Below are positions 46,510-55,897 of a stretch of 64,000 nt of DNA, one piece after another. Positions within the stretch are counted from its first letter, which is position 1, and each line of letters begins with the position of its first letter. This DNA is from Desulfobacteraceae bacterium (GTDB taxonomy: Bacteria > Desulfobacterota > Desulfobacteria > Desulfobacterales > JACKCP01): assembly GCA_020633955.1 (NCBI GenBank), contig JACKCP010000006.1:34404-98403 (forward strand), read 5' to 3'. The notes under the pieces were generated by a model. The model did no database searches, was not told the origin of the DNA, and worked only from the letters and a program-made list of their open reading frames with translations. Made by a program: the position numbers and the translations under genes.

Positions 46510-47243
46510 AAATCACTCTCTTTTGATAAAAAGGAAAAGCTGTTTCTTTCAACGTCAAAAAAATATTCATTTTTTTCTTCAAGCAATTTATCCATAAGTA
46601 CCTCGGCTAGATCCCGGCTGTCTAAAATTTCCCTTAACTCATTTTCTATTCCTTCAATATCCTTATTTTTAATGGATTTCAACAAATTACCAAAAACCAT
46701 TTCCCTGAAGATATCCCGATTATCCGGATTTCCCCTGCTTTTTTCTAAAATTGCGCATCTTATTTCTCCCAGAAAATACAAAAAAATCTCATATTCATCT
46801 CCAAACTCCTTTTCAAGATCTTTCCTTAGCTTTCTTGACAGAGCCGGACTTTTCCCCCCTGTTGAAACTGCAAGCATCAGATCCCCCCTTTTGATACAGG
46901 AAGGAACAATAAAGCCGGATTTTTCGGGATTATCAGCAATATTACACAAAATTCCACTGGTTTCGCAGATCTGGGAAATAATATAATTAAGTTCCCTGTC
47001 ATCAGTAGCAGAAAAAACAAGGAAAACATCGGAAACATCTTTTTCTTCAAAGGCTTTTAACTGCAGGATTAAGTTAGAGTTTGAGTTTATAGATTCAAAT
47101 CCTTCATGAAACAGGGGTGATACAACCTTGACAAAGGCTTTAGCCTCAAGAAGACTCTTTGTTTTCCTTAAAGCAACAGCCCCGCCTCCAACCACCAGGA
47201 CTTTTTTTCCACGAAGATTCAGGTATACCGGATAATATTCCAT
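46506..47243 (-). CDS. Precorrin-2 dehydrogenase / sirohydrochlorin ferrochelatase (SirC / CysG N-terminal type)
   Basis: YPVYLNLRGKKVLVVGGGAVALRKTKSLLEAKA (Rossmann fold) and SPALSRKLRKDLE. Confidence 0.85.
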   Translation of the reverse strand: MEYYPVYLNLRGKKVLVVGGGAVALRKTKSLLEAKAFVKVVSPLFHEGFESINSNSNLILQLKAFEEKDVSDVFLVFSATDDRELNYIISQICETSGILCNIADNPEKSGFIVPSCIKRGDLMLAVSTGGKSPALSRKLRKDLEKEFGDEYEIFLYFLGEIRCAILEKSRGNPDNRDIFREMVFGNLLKSIKNKDIEGIENELREILDSRDLAEVLMDKLLEEKNEYFFDVERNSFSFLSKESDL

Positions 47244-48002
47244 TTACAATTTTATCTCCATAAGATCTTTGGCAAGTATTATTTCATTTTTAAATATATC
47301 TCTGGCATTTACCAGAAAGTCTTTTCTTTCACACTGGGGATAAAAATGAGTCAAGACCATCTTTCTGACATTTCCAGCTTTTGCCTTTTCAGCTGCAATT
47401 TCAGGTGTGAGATGCCCTTTGACCTTTAAATTATCGGGCATAGAAGCCTCTATAACCAAAAGGTCGCAATTTCTAATAAACATTTCAAATCCGGTGGTTA
47501 TATCCATGTCCCCCGAATAAACAAATGTTTTTTTATTATCCCAAATTTTTAATGCCAGTGATTCCGGCCTGTGATTTACAGGAAAAGTACTCATGGTTAT
47601 ATCATTAAATTCAAATTTTTCACTATTATTTTTATCAAACTCCAAAATTTGAATTTTCCCTTCAAGATCAATCCAGTGTCCATAGACTTTTGTGAGGTTT
47701 TCATAAAAAGCCTTTAGTCCACTCCCCCCAAGAATATAAAATTTATCCTTAAGATTTGAATAGTTGCCGTATTTTAAAGAAAAAAGAATTGGAACAAGCT
47801 CTGAGCTGTGATCAGGGTGAAAATGAGAAAGAAAAATACCATCAAGCTCTTCTATTCTGAAACCTTTTTCCAGAAGCCTTCTTGTACATCCAGTTCCAGC
47901 GTCAAGCAAAAGATTTGTTGATCCAGTTTCAATAAGAATTGATGATGAAGCTCTTTTCAATGAAAAGACACAGCTTCCAGAGCCAAGAATTGTGACTTTC
48001 AA
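47244..48002 (-). CDS. MBL-fold metallo-hydrolase (RNase Z-like)
   Basis: LSHFHPDHSSEL is the HxHxDH motif, with a C-terminal LTHF. Confidence 0.78.
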   Translation of the reverse strand: MKVTILGSGSCVFSLKRASSSILIETGSTNLLLDAGTGCTRRLLEKGFRIEELDGIFLSHFHPDHSSELVPILFSLKYGNYSNLKDKFYILGGSGLKAFYENLTKVYGHWIDLEGKIQILEFDKNNSEKFEFNDITMSTFPVNHRPESLALKIWDNKKTFVYSGDMDITTGFEMFIRNCDLLVIEASMPDNLKVKGHLTPEIAAEKAKAGNVRKMVLTHFYPQCERKDFLVNARDIFKNEIILAKDLMEIKL

Positions 48003-48004
48003 AA

Positions 48005-49006
48005 TTAATTCCCTTTTCTGGCAGTTCGAAGCTCAATATGATTTCTAATCCAGAGTCCAAGTTTTCTCTGATTCCTTGGGGAAATATGTTTTTCTATTGA
48101 TACATATTCAATCTCAGCCCTTGCCATTCCCCTGTGCCCACCGGCAGATCCATATTGTCCAAAACTTGCTTCCGCAACTTTCCCTGCATTTTTTCTTATC
48201 CCGTCATTTCTCAAAATAATAATCACCTTTTCTTCGCAGTTGCCGGAAACTATTGTCCAGTTGATTTTATCCACCCTCATGAAAAAATCTGCTATCTGAA
48301 CCAGAACATCAGGCGTGGGAACATCTCCAAGATGGACATAAAGCCTGTTTCCCTTTATAACTTTTGCATGAAATGCTTTTTCATAGAACTGAAGAAAGTC
48401 GAGAGGAACCTCAGCCTGATCAATTCGCCGCTCAAGATGGATATTTGCAAATTTGAAAAGATATTGAAAAGCCCTTATATCTTCTGGAAGAGTCTGTCTC
48501 TGAAAATTTGAGGTATCTGTTTTTATGCCATAGTACAATCCGGTTGCCAGCTTGACTGAAGGTTTTATGCCTGAAGCCTTTAAATACTCAGTAAGAATAG
48601 TTGCTGTTGCTCCATAATTTGGTCTGATGTCTGTAAATTTTGCCTTATATCCTGTGTCGGGATGATGATCTATTAAAATATCTGGCTTAAATGCCTTAAA
48701 AAGCTCACTATGATCAGGCTGTGAATCAACCATTACAACCTTTGAAAATCTGGTACGGTCAAGATCGTCTATATGGATCATTTTTATTCCAAGAAGTCTT
48801 ATCATTGAAAGGTTATCTGGCCTTTTAACCTTATTTATACTGCAAATGGAAACACCTGCCACCTTTCTCCACAATAACCTTTTTACTGCCATTGCACATG
48901 ACATGGCATCCGGGTCAGCATTTATTAAAATAAGAACCTGATCTTCACCTGAAAAAACACCAAAAAATTTTTTTACCCTTTCTGTATTGGAAAGAGCCAT
49001 AAACAT
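48005..49006 (-). CDS. DHH-family phosphoesterase (NrnA-like)
   Basis: Motifs NADPDAMSC, LIDHHP and GSAGGHRGMA (DHHA1). Confidence 0.8.
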   Translation of the reverse strand: MFMALSNTERVKKFFGVFSGEDQVLILINADPDAMSCAMAVKRLLWRKVAGVSICSINKVKRPDNLSMIRLLGIKMIHIDDLDRTRFSKVVMVDSQPDHSELFKAFKPDILIDHHPDTGYKAKFTDIRPNYGATATILTEYLKASGIKPSVKLATGLYYGIKTDTSNFQRQTLPEDIRAFQYLFKFANIHLERRIDQAEVPLDFLQFYEKAFHAKVIKGNRLYVHLGDVPTPDVLVQIADFFMRVDKINWTIVSGNCEEKVIIILRNDGIRKNAGKVAEASFGQYGSAGGHRGMARAEIEYVSIEKHISPRNQRKLGLWIRNHIELRTARKGN

Positions 49007-49088
49007 TCTCCTTTAAAACCAGATTTCAAATAAAAATAAGCAGTGCATTAAAATAAACTGAATATTTCCAAGCATTATCTATTATATT

Positions 49089-50258
49089 TTAAATCATATT
49101 TTCAGAAATAATATCAATTGTATGACAAATTCTGTTTTTTCCCCCTGCAGATCTTTCTAGCTGCAAAATACAGGCAGGACAACCTGTTAAAAGAGTTTCC
49201 CCTGATTTTAAATTCAGTTCTTCACACTTCAGGTTAAGAATTTTCTTTGAAACTCCAGGGTGATCAAGACTGAAACTACCTCCAAATCCACAGCAGGAAT
49301 CAAGTCTTGAACTTTCATCAAGCTCTAGTCTTAAAATATCTTTCAAGATAAAATCCGCATCTTTCTTACCACCTATAGATTGCAGGTGGCAGGGAAGGTG
49401 CCATTTGCCCTTAAAATCTGAAGAAAGATTAATTTCAAAGTCTTTTGCTTTAAGCTGCTGGGCTGCGAATTGATGAAAATCAAGAATATCAAACCTGGTA
49501 TTTATTTCCTTTCCTGATTTTGAAAAAAAGGGCCAGATTTTTTTGAGAGTTGAAATACATGTGGGACATCCGGAAACAATAATATCTGAGTCAATATTTA
49601 CAAACTTTTCATAAAGCTTTTCACTTGAAGCCATAAATCCTTTTTCATCACCAGAAGACAAAAAAGGAAGACCGCAGCACTCTCCTGAAACAACAACAGG
49701 GTCAAACCCAATTTTTTTAAAAAAACTCAGGGCATTTTCGGTTGTCTGAGGAAAAAATCTGTCAAAGAGGCAGCCTGTAAAAAAGACAAGCTTTTTTTCA
49801 TATGATTTGCAATGCCTGTAATTCTTTTTAAACTCTACTTGGCGTTTTTTGAAAAAACTGAAAAGAGAAGGAAATTTTATAAAAACCCTAATCAGAAACT
49901 TTTTTATAAAAGATTTTTTATCAAATTCATGCATTAAATTTCTTGCTCTTAAAAACAAGGAAACAGTATCAATCCCAGTTGGACATGCATTAGAGCATCT
50001 TCCGCACAAAAGACAAAATCTTAAATGATGTTCTATTAAAGAAGAATCAAAAAGAAAATCGTTTTTAAGCCCTCTTAAAAGAGCAAGTTTCCCTCTTGCA
50101 GTATGCTGCTCAAGTCCTGTCTGTCTGAATACAGGACATACAGACTGGCATTTTCCGCATTTGCGGCATGATTCCGCTGCTGAAAAAATTTCTTCAAACT
50201 CTAACAATGAGTTCTTTATTCTATATTTTTTATCATTTTTTAAAAAATTAATTTTCAT
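49089..50258 (-). CDS. (Fe-S)-binding CCG-domain protein (GlcF / HdrD / LutA-like)
   Basis: Two ferredoxin motifs (CRKCGKCQSVCP and CLLCGRCSNACP) and two CCG motifs (GECCGLPF and DSCCGFGG). Confidence 0.82.
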   Translation of the reverse strand: MKINFLKNDKKYRIKNSLLEFEEIFSAAESCRKCGKCQSVCPVFRQTGLEQHTARGKLALLRGLKNDFLFDSSLIEHHLRFCLLCGRCSNACPTGIDTVSLFLRARNLMHEFDKKSFIKKFLIRVFIKFPSLFSFFKKRQVEFKKNYRHCKSYEKKLVFFTGCLFDRFFPQTTENALSFFKKIGFDPVVVSGECCGLPFLSSGDEKGFMASSEKLYEKFVNIDSDIIVSGCPTCISTLKKIWPFFSKSGKEINTRFDILDFHQFAAQQLKAKDFEINLSSDFKGKWHLPCHLQSIGGKKDADFILKDILRLELDESSRLDSCCGFGGSFSLDHPGVSKKILNLKCEELNLKSGETLLTGCPACILQLERSAGGKNRICHTIDIISENMI

Positions 50259-50272
50259 TTAAAAAGCCAGAA

Positions 50273-51172
50273 CTAATCCTCAAAAGGTTTGTTTTCTTTT
50301 AAGACGCTAACAATAAATTTAATTTTTTCATCAAAAAATTTTTTTTCAACTGAAAAAGCACCCGCGCCCTTATGGCCCCCTCCATTATGTTTTGAAAGAA
50401 GTTTCCCGATGTTTACATTGCAGGTTTTATTAAAAATTGAATGGCCTATGCTTACAATTACTTTTTCAGGATTATCATCTGCATACCTGATTTTAACACT
50501 TACATTTGTCTTTGGAAACATGGAATAAATCAAGAACCTGTTCCCAGAAGGTGCTTTTGTTTCAAATGGTCTCAAATCCAAAATGGAAACATTTTCATCA
50601 ATAATTGTATTTTCATTTAAAATGTTTTTCCATTTGATATTCTCCTCAATGACCTTATTACACCGTTTCTCAACATCTGTGTCTTTCATTATTTCATTAA
50701 TATCTTTTGTTCGAAGAAGATTTATAAGTTTTTCCCAGTAAGGTACATCTTCAAACTGTCTGTTTTTTATTGTCATTGAAAGAAGAACGTATGGATATTT
50801 TTCAGGGAAATTTACTTCATCAATTGAAAGGTCTGCCGAATCAATTTTATCAGTATTTATAATAAGCTCTTTGAACCTGTCTTTAAAAATATCTGAATAA
50901 TAACCATAAATTACCCCGGCAGCCGAAGGCGCAATTTCATGCCGTCCTTCAAACTCTTTTACAGCAGTATTTGACACATGATGGTCAAACCACATTGATG
51001 CATTTTCATGGTATGGGAGGTTAGCAAGGATATCGCCTTTTTTTATATCGCATTCATTATTTTGAATCTGGTTAGGTTCAACCCAGTATACATCCTGCCT
51101 TATATCCAATGCTTCATACAATAAAACAGCACAGACAATTCCATCGAGATCTGGTCTTGTTACAATTCTCAT
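50273..51172 (-). CDS. DHH-superfamily phosphoesterase (COG2404 / NrnB-like)
   Basis: N-terminal TRPDLDGIVCAVLL, then WFDHHVS, then C-terminal NGGGHKGAGAF. Confidence 0.7.
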   Translation of the reverse strand: MRIVTRPDLDGIVCAVLLYEALDIRQDVYWVEPNQIQNNECDIKKGDILANLPYHENASMWFDHHVSNTAVKEFEGRHEIAPSAAGVIYGYYSDIFKDRFKELIINTDKIDSADLSIDEVNFPEKYPYVLLSMTIKNRQFEDVPYWEKLINLLRTKDINEIMKDTDVEKRCNKVIEENIKWKNILNENTIIDENVSILDLRPFETKAPSGNRFLIYSMFPKTNVSVKIRYADDNPEKVIVSIGHSIFNKTCNVNIGKLLSKHNGGGHKGAGAFSVEKKFFDEKIKFIVSVLKENKPFED

Positions 51173-51357
51173 TTTTGTCCTCCAGTCTATATATCAAAAT
51201 TTTTTAATTTATATTATTTTAAACCATCAAACAAGGTTATATTCTTATTGTTTTTGTTGAATTTACCAGTTTTGTTGTTAATATCTTTACTAGATTATAA
51301 AATTAAATTTAAAAATTAATAATACAAGAGTCTAACAGACCAGAAAAAGAGAGAAAA

Positions 51358-52320
51358 ATGAAAAAAATTATCCGGGACCCAAAGCTTTGCGAACCAGCTA
51401 AAGACTCACTTGAAGAATATAAAAAAAAACTACATCATATTACCGAAACAATAATTGAATCGTGTTTTGACAAGGATTCATTTACTCATATAAATAATGA
51501 GCCTATCCCTTCAAGGGCTGAGATTGTCAACATTATTAATGAATTTATTAAAATTCTTTTCCCCGGGTATTTTTCAAAACAAAAAATTGAACAATACAAT
51601 CTCAAGTATAAAATCGGTTTAAGTGTTTCTAATTTATTCCCCCGCCTTGCAGAACAGATAATAAAAAGCTTTCGCCATGAATGTTTCAGATATGACAAAC
51701 CTTGTGAAGTGTGTATTAACAAAGGATATGAATCAGCCCTTTGCCTGTTTGAAAAAATACCTGAATTAAGAAAAATACTTGCAACCGATGTCAAGGCAAC
51801 ATTTGACGGAGATCCCGCAGCGAAAAACTATGATGAAATAATTTTTTCCTATCCAGGAATATTTGCAATTACGGTATACAGAATTGCCCATGAACTTTTT
51901 AAAATGGAAGTTCCCCTTATTCCAAGAATAATGACAGAATATGCACACAGCGCCACAGGAATAGATATACACCCGGGTGCAAATATTGATGAAAGGTTTG
52001 CAATTGATCACGGAACAGGTGTTGTAATAGGCGAAACAACAGATATCGGTAAAAATGTCAGACTTTATCAGGGAGTAACCCTTGGTGCTCTCTCACTTCC
52101 AAAAGACGCAGGAGAAAGATTAAAGGGAGTTAAAAGACATCCGACACTTGAAGATGATGTAATTGTTTATTCAGGTACAACAATTCTTGGTGGAAATACT
52201 GTTATCGGCAAAAGGGCCGTAATAGGTGGTAACGTGTGGCTTACAAAATCTGTTCCTCCGGATACAATGGTTTTGCTTGAGGAGCCAAAACTTAATTACA
52301 AACAAAAACACCAGAGCTGA
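51358..52320 (+). CDS. cysE: Serine O-acetyltransferase (long form)
   Basis: Hexapeptide-repeat region GIDIHPGANIDERFAIDHGTGVVIGETTDIGKNVRLYQGVTLG with an N-terminal helical SATase domain. Confidence 0.85.
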   Translation: MKKIIRDPKLCEPAKDSLEEYKKKLHHITETIIESCFDKDSFTHINNEPIPSRAEIVNIINEFIKILFPGYFSKQKIEQYNLKYKIGLSVSNLFPRLAEQIIKSFRHECFRYDKPCEVCINKGYESALCLFEKIPELRKILATDVKATFDGDPAAKNYDEIIFSYPGIFAITVYRIAHELFKMEVPLIPRIMTEYAHSATGIDIHPGANIDERFAIDHGTGVVIGETTDIGKNVRLYQGVTLGALSLPKDAGERLKGVKRHPTLEDDVIVYSGTTILGGNTVIGKRAVIGGNVWLTKSVPPDTMVLLEEPKLNYKQKHQS

Positions 52321-52324
52321 ATTT

Positions 52325-53692
52325 ATGAATGTATTTGAAAAAAAAATTAAACTTAATTTCAGTTCCAGTGATGTTTTCAAATTCCATGAAAACCCAGGAG
52401 CTCTTAAAAGACTTTCGCCTCCATGGCAGAAAATTTCTGTTAAACTCCATAAAGGCGGAATTAAAAAAGGTGCAAAAGTCAAAATGCACCTTTATGACCC
52501 TTTTAAAATAACCTGGAAGGCTGTACACACTGAATATGAAAAAAACAATTATTTTGAGGATATCCAGACTTTTGGTCCCTTTTCAAAGTGGAAGCACAAG
52601 CATATTTTTAAAGAAGATGGAAAAGGTTTGTGCGAAATGACAGATAAAATTGAATTTAAACTTTTTTTTCATTTTTTAACCTTTCCCTTATTTAAAAATC
52701 TTTTATTAAAAAAACTTAATTCAATTTTTAAGTTCAGACATAAGATTTTACAAAGAGACCTGGAAATAAACTCAAAATTTAAAGAAAAAAAAACAATTCT
52801 TATAACAGGATCAGGTGGAGTTCTTGGAAATCTTTTAATTCCAAGGCTTACAACAGCAGGACATGAGGTAAAAAAACTTGTAAGAAGACTTCCTAAAAAT
52901 GAAAATGAATTCTACTGGAATCCAGATAAAAAAATAATAGACAAAAAGGCCTTTTTAAATACAGATGTTGTAATAAATCTTTCAGGAGAACCCATTGGAG
53001 AAGGGTTATGGACAAAAAAGAAAAAAGAAAAAATTATTTCAAGCAGAAAAAACACAGCCTCTCTTCTTGCAGAAACAATAAACGACCTTAAAAATCCCCC
53101 CAAACTTTTTATCTCTTCTTCTGCAACAGGTTTCTACGGAAACAGGGGAAATGAAAGACTAAACGAGGATTCAAAAAAAGGAAATCTCTTTATTTCTGAG
53201 GTTTGTAAAATATGGGAAGACTCTGCTCTTTTTTGTACAAACAAAAAAACAAGGGTAGTTATTTTAAGAACAGGAGTTGTTCTAACTCCTGAAGGAGGAG
53301 CACTTCCAATTATTTTAAAAGGGTTTTTCACAGGAACAGCAGCAGTTCCAGGAAGTGGTAACCAGTATGTAAGCTGGATTTCACATGAGGACTGGATAAA
53401 TGGAGTATACAATATAATTTTTAATAAAAATATTAAGGGATTTGTAAATCTCTGTTCAAATAACCCTGTTACTTTCAGTCAGCTTATGTCTGATATTTCA
53501 AATTCAGTCAAACTTCCATTTTATTTTAAAATTCCATCAGTCATAATAAAACTGTTTATTGGCCAGAAAGGATATGAAACAGTTTTATGCGGTGCAAAAG
53601 TTTTTCCAGACAAACTTCTTGCAAATAATTTTAAATTTTTCCATAACTCTCCTAGAGAAGCTTTTGACGAAATGCTTGGAAAGGACAGCTAA
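52325..53692 (+). CDS. SRPBCC-domain / TIGR01777 (YfcH-like) NAD-dependent epimerase-family fusion protein
   Basis: I place the start at the ATG at 52325 (MNVFEKKIKLNF); the track ORF start at 52226 overlaps cysE. The Rossmann motif is ILITGSGGVLGNLL, with a C-terminal DUF1731-like end. Confidence 0.75.
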   Translation: MNVFEKKIKLNFSSSDVFKFHENPGALKRLSPPWQKISVKLHKGGIKKGAKVKMHLYDPFKITWKAVHTEYEKNNYFEDIQTFGPFSKWKHKHIFKEDGKGLCEMTDKIEFKLFFHFLTFPLFKNLLLKKLNSIFKFRHKILQRDLEINSKFKEKKTILITGSGGVLGNLLIPRLTTAGHEVKKLVRRLPKNENEFYWNPDKKIIDKKAFLNTDVVINLSGEPIGEGLWTKKKKEKIISSRKNTASLLAETINDLKNPPKLFISSSATGFYGNRGNERLNEDSKKGNLFISEVCKIWEDSALFCTNKKTRVVILRTGVVLTPEGGALPIILKGFFTGTAAVPGSGNQYVSWISHEDWINGVYNIIFNKNIKGFVNLCSNNPVTFSQLMSDISNSVKLPFYFKIPSVIIKLFIGQKGYETVLCGAKVFPDKLLANNFKFFHNSPREAFDEMLGKDS

Positions 53693-54796
53693 ATGAAATA
53701 TTGGGATAAAATTTTTCTTGCTCTTCTTATGTGGACGGCCTTTGCCTTTGGATTTAGCGACCATATTTTACCACAGATTAATGGTCTTCACTTTGATCGC
53801 CTCCATATTTTTCTTTTTAATTTATGTGCCGGTGGAACAATTATCTATTCATACACATTGAATAAAACAATATTTTCAAAACCAGGAATGCTTTTTATAT
53901 CTGTTTCACTTATTTTTGCTTTTGCTGCATTTACAGAGCTTTATATTCTGGCAATAAGCTGCGCTTTTTTTCTTTCTTTTACAACAGAGCTTGCAAGATC
54001 AAAAAGGTTTGGTTTTTTCCCCTGGATGTTCTTTGACAACAGAATGATAGTACATAAAAAATTCCATAATGCTTCTATGCTCTGCCTCTCGCTTGGTCTT
54101 TTAATTTCAGCACTTGTTATGATCAATAATGAATACCTTCACATGGTCCAAATGAAAAAGCTTGAGCTTAATACTTTTTTCCTGGGTTTTTCATTTCCCC
54201 TGTCTCTTATAACAATGAGCGTAATGTTCAAGCTTACCGGAGACAACAGAATCTATCGAACAAGAGTATTAAAAAACATTGGGTTCTGGACTGTAAACCT
54301 TGGAGTAATTATATTCTTTATTTTTATTCTTTTTGAACTTATGACGCTACAGCTTATTATATCAGTAATTTTATTTTTTGCAGTTATTCTGATTTTCTAT
54401 GTTTTTCTTACAGACAAGTTCAACAAGCAGCAAAGAACCTTTCTTGTGTCAGGAATGTGTTTTCTCCTTTTCACAGGAATAAGCGGAATAGCATATATTG
54501 TTCTTGAAATGACTCCATACTACACTCCTGAAGCAGGAGAAATCCTTTTAAGAATGCATTCCTTTACATCTGTATACGGGTGGAACTTAAGCGGACTTGC
54601 TGTTCTTATCAGATTTGAGGATTTTCCAATCGAACTTCACTCAAAAAAATTCATTGCACTTCACTGGCTGACATCTCTTATTTTTGCACCTCTTGGTTCA
54701 ATTTCGGCATTATCGGCTCTTTTAGCTGTTTTGTCCTATGCAATAATCATTAAATGGATCTTTTTCAGTAACTCTAGAAAAAAGGAGCTTGCATAG
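53693..54796 (+). CDS. Polytopic membrane protein of unknown function (367 aa)
   Basis: The ATG directly follows the upstream TAA (TAAATG). There are about 9-10 hydrophobic segments and no recognisable motif. Confidence 0.6.
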   Translation: MKYWDKIFLALLMWTAFAFGFSDHILPQINGLHFDRLHIFLFNLCAGGTIIYSYTLNKTIFSKPGMLFISVSLIFAFAAFTELYILAISCAFFLSFTTELARSKRFGFFPWMFFDNRMIVHKKFHNASMLCLSLGLLISALVMINNEYLHMVQMKKLELNTFFLGFSFPLSLITMSVMFKLTGDNRIYRTRVLKNIGFWTVNLGVIIFFIFILFELMTLQLIISVILFFAVILIFYVFLTDKFNKQQRTFLVSGMCFLLFTGISGIAYIVLEMTPYYTPEAGEILLRMHSFTSVYGWNLSGLAVLIRFEDFPIELHSKKFIALHWLTSLIFAPLGSISALSALLAVLSYAIIIKWIFFSNSRKKELA

Positions 54797-54825
54797 TTAT
54801 TTATGGATAAACTGGATCTTGTGTT

Positions 54826-54897
54826 CATTTTTGAACCAGATTGAAAATTAAATCTTAAAAACACTTAAGTTTAAAAAGATTAAATTTTTCAATTAAA
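54826..54897. repeat. Family B-like palindromic core, copy B5 (degenerate), between convergent genes
   Basis: gattgaaaattaaatctt...aagattaaatttttcaat forms inverted arms related to the B core GATTCAAAATTTAATC. Confidence 0.4.
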
Positions 54898-54909
54898 CTG
54901 AAGAAATAA

Positions 54910-55776
54910 TTATAGTTTTGCGTCAGTCACAGGAGCAGTATCATCTATATTAAAGATCATATCAAACCCGTCTTCAATGAAAATTTCATTGTGTATTCCA
55001 AGCCTTAAGGCAATCTGCCAGATAAGATTCTTTTTTTCAGAGATTTTATCTGGGTTTGAAAAACTGACACGCCCTCCCTGGATCATCAATGTTTCAATAT
55101 TATTATTTTTTAAAAAATCTTTTGTTTCAAGTGCCTGCCGGTAAGCCTTGTGATAAATTATAAACAGTTTTTTTAGATACAAAACAAAATCTGAGTCACT
55201 AATATTAAAGCTTGCCAGTATATTTATAAAAAAATTAAATTCTTTTTCGGAAAATAAAAAAGGAAGTACTGACTTTTCAAGATAACCAGTTAAAATTTTT
55301 TCTTTTTTACCCTGAAGGTTATTTACATTTTTCCAGAGAACAGATGCAACTATTTCTTTTTCATTATCATTTAACAAATTCACTGTACTTAAAACATTAG
55401 TGTTAAGTTTTTTAGAGAAATCGAGTTTTTCTAAAAAAAACAAAATCAATTTTTTATCTGCAAGTATACTATCAGTCAGCCCTTTATAATTAATATTAAT
55501 TTTACTAATTCTCCGGCAAACTGAATCTAAGTCAAACTCCTTGTTTTCACACTGAATTTCAATCCAAATCAATGAAAATCTTTTTCTGGTTTCAAAATCA
55601 GGTGTAAAAAGAAAAAAGTTAAGTTCATCAGAAAATTCACAGGACGAATCTGAAATAACTTTTTTCAGGTCATAAAAACCCAAATCAATTCCAAGGTTAC
55701 CAGCATATTCAAAAAAATTATCTTCAATAAGAAAACCTTTTTCAAATTCATTTATTATCTTTTCATTAATATCCAA
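54910..55776 (-). CDS. Hypothetical protein (288 aa), no recognisable motif
   Basis: Uninterrupted, very AT-rich ORF, divergent from the P-loop NTPase gene. Confidence 0.5.
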   Translation of the reverse strand: MDINEKIINEFEKGFLIEDNFFEYAGNLGIDLGFYDLKKVISDSSCEFSDELNFFLFTPDFETRKRFSLIWIEIQCENKEFDLDSVCRRISKININYKGLTDSILADKKLILFFLEKLDFSKKLNTNVLSTVNLLNDNEKEIVASVLWKNVNNLQGKKEKILTGYLEKSVLPFLFSEKEFNFFINILASFNISDSDFVLYLKKLFIIYHKAYRQALETKDFLKNNNIETLMIQGGRVSFSNPDKISEKKNLIWQIALRLGIHNEIFIEDGFDMIFNIDDTAPVTDAKL

Positions 55777-55897
55777 GATTTACTCCCGCAAAAATTTACC
55801 AATTACATATCTTTACAAAAATTAAATTTATCACTAATCTCTCATATTATATTTAAGAAGTGAATATTTATTATTTTTACAAATTAAGGCTAAAAAA

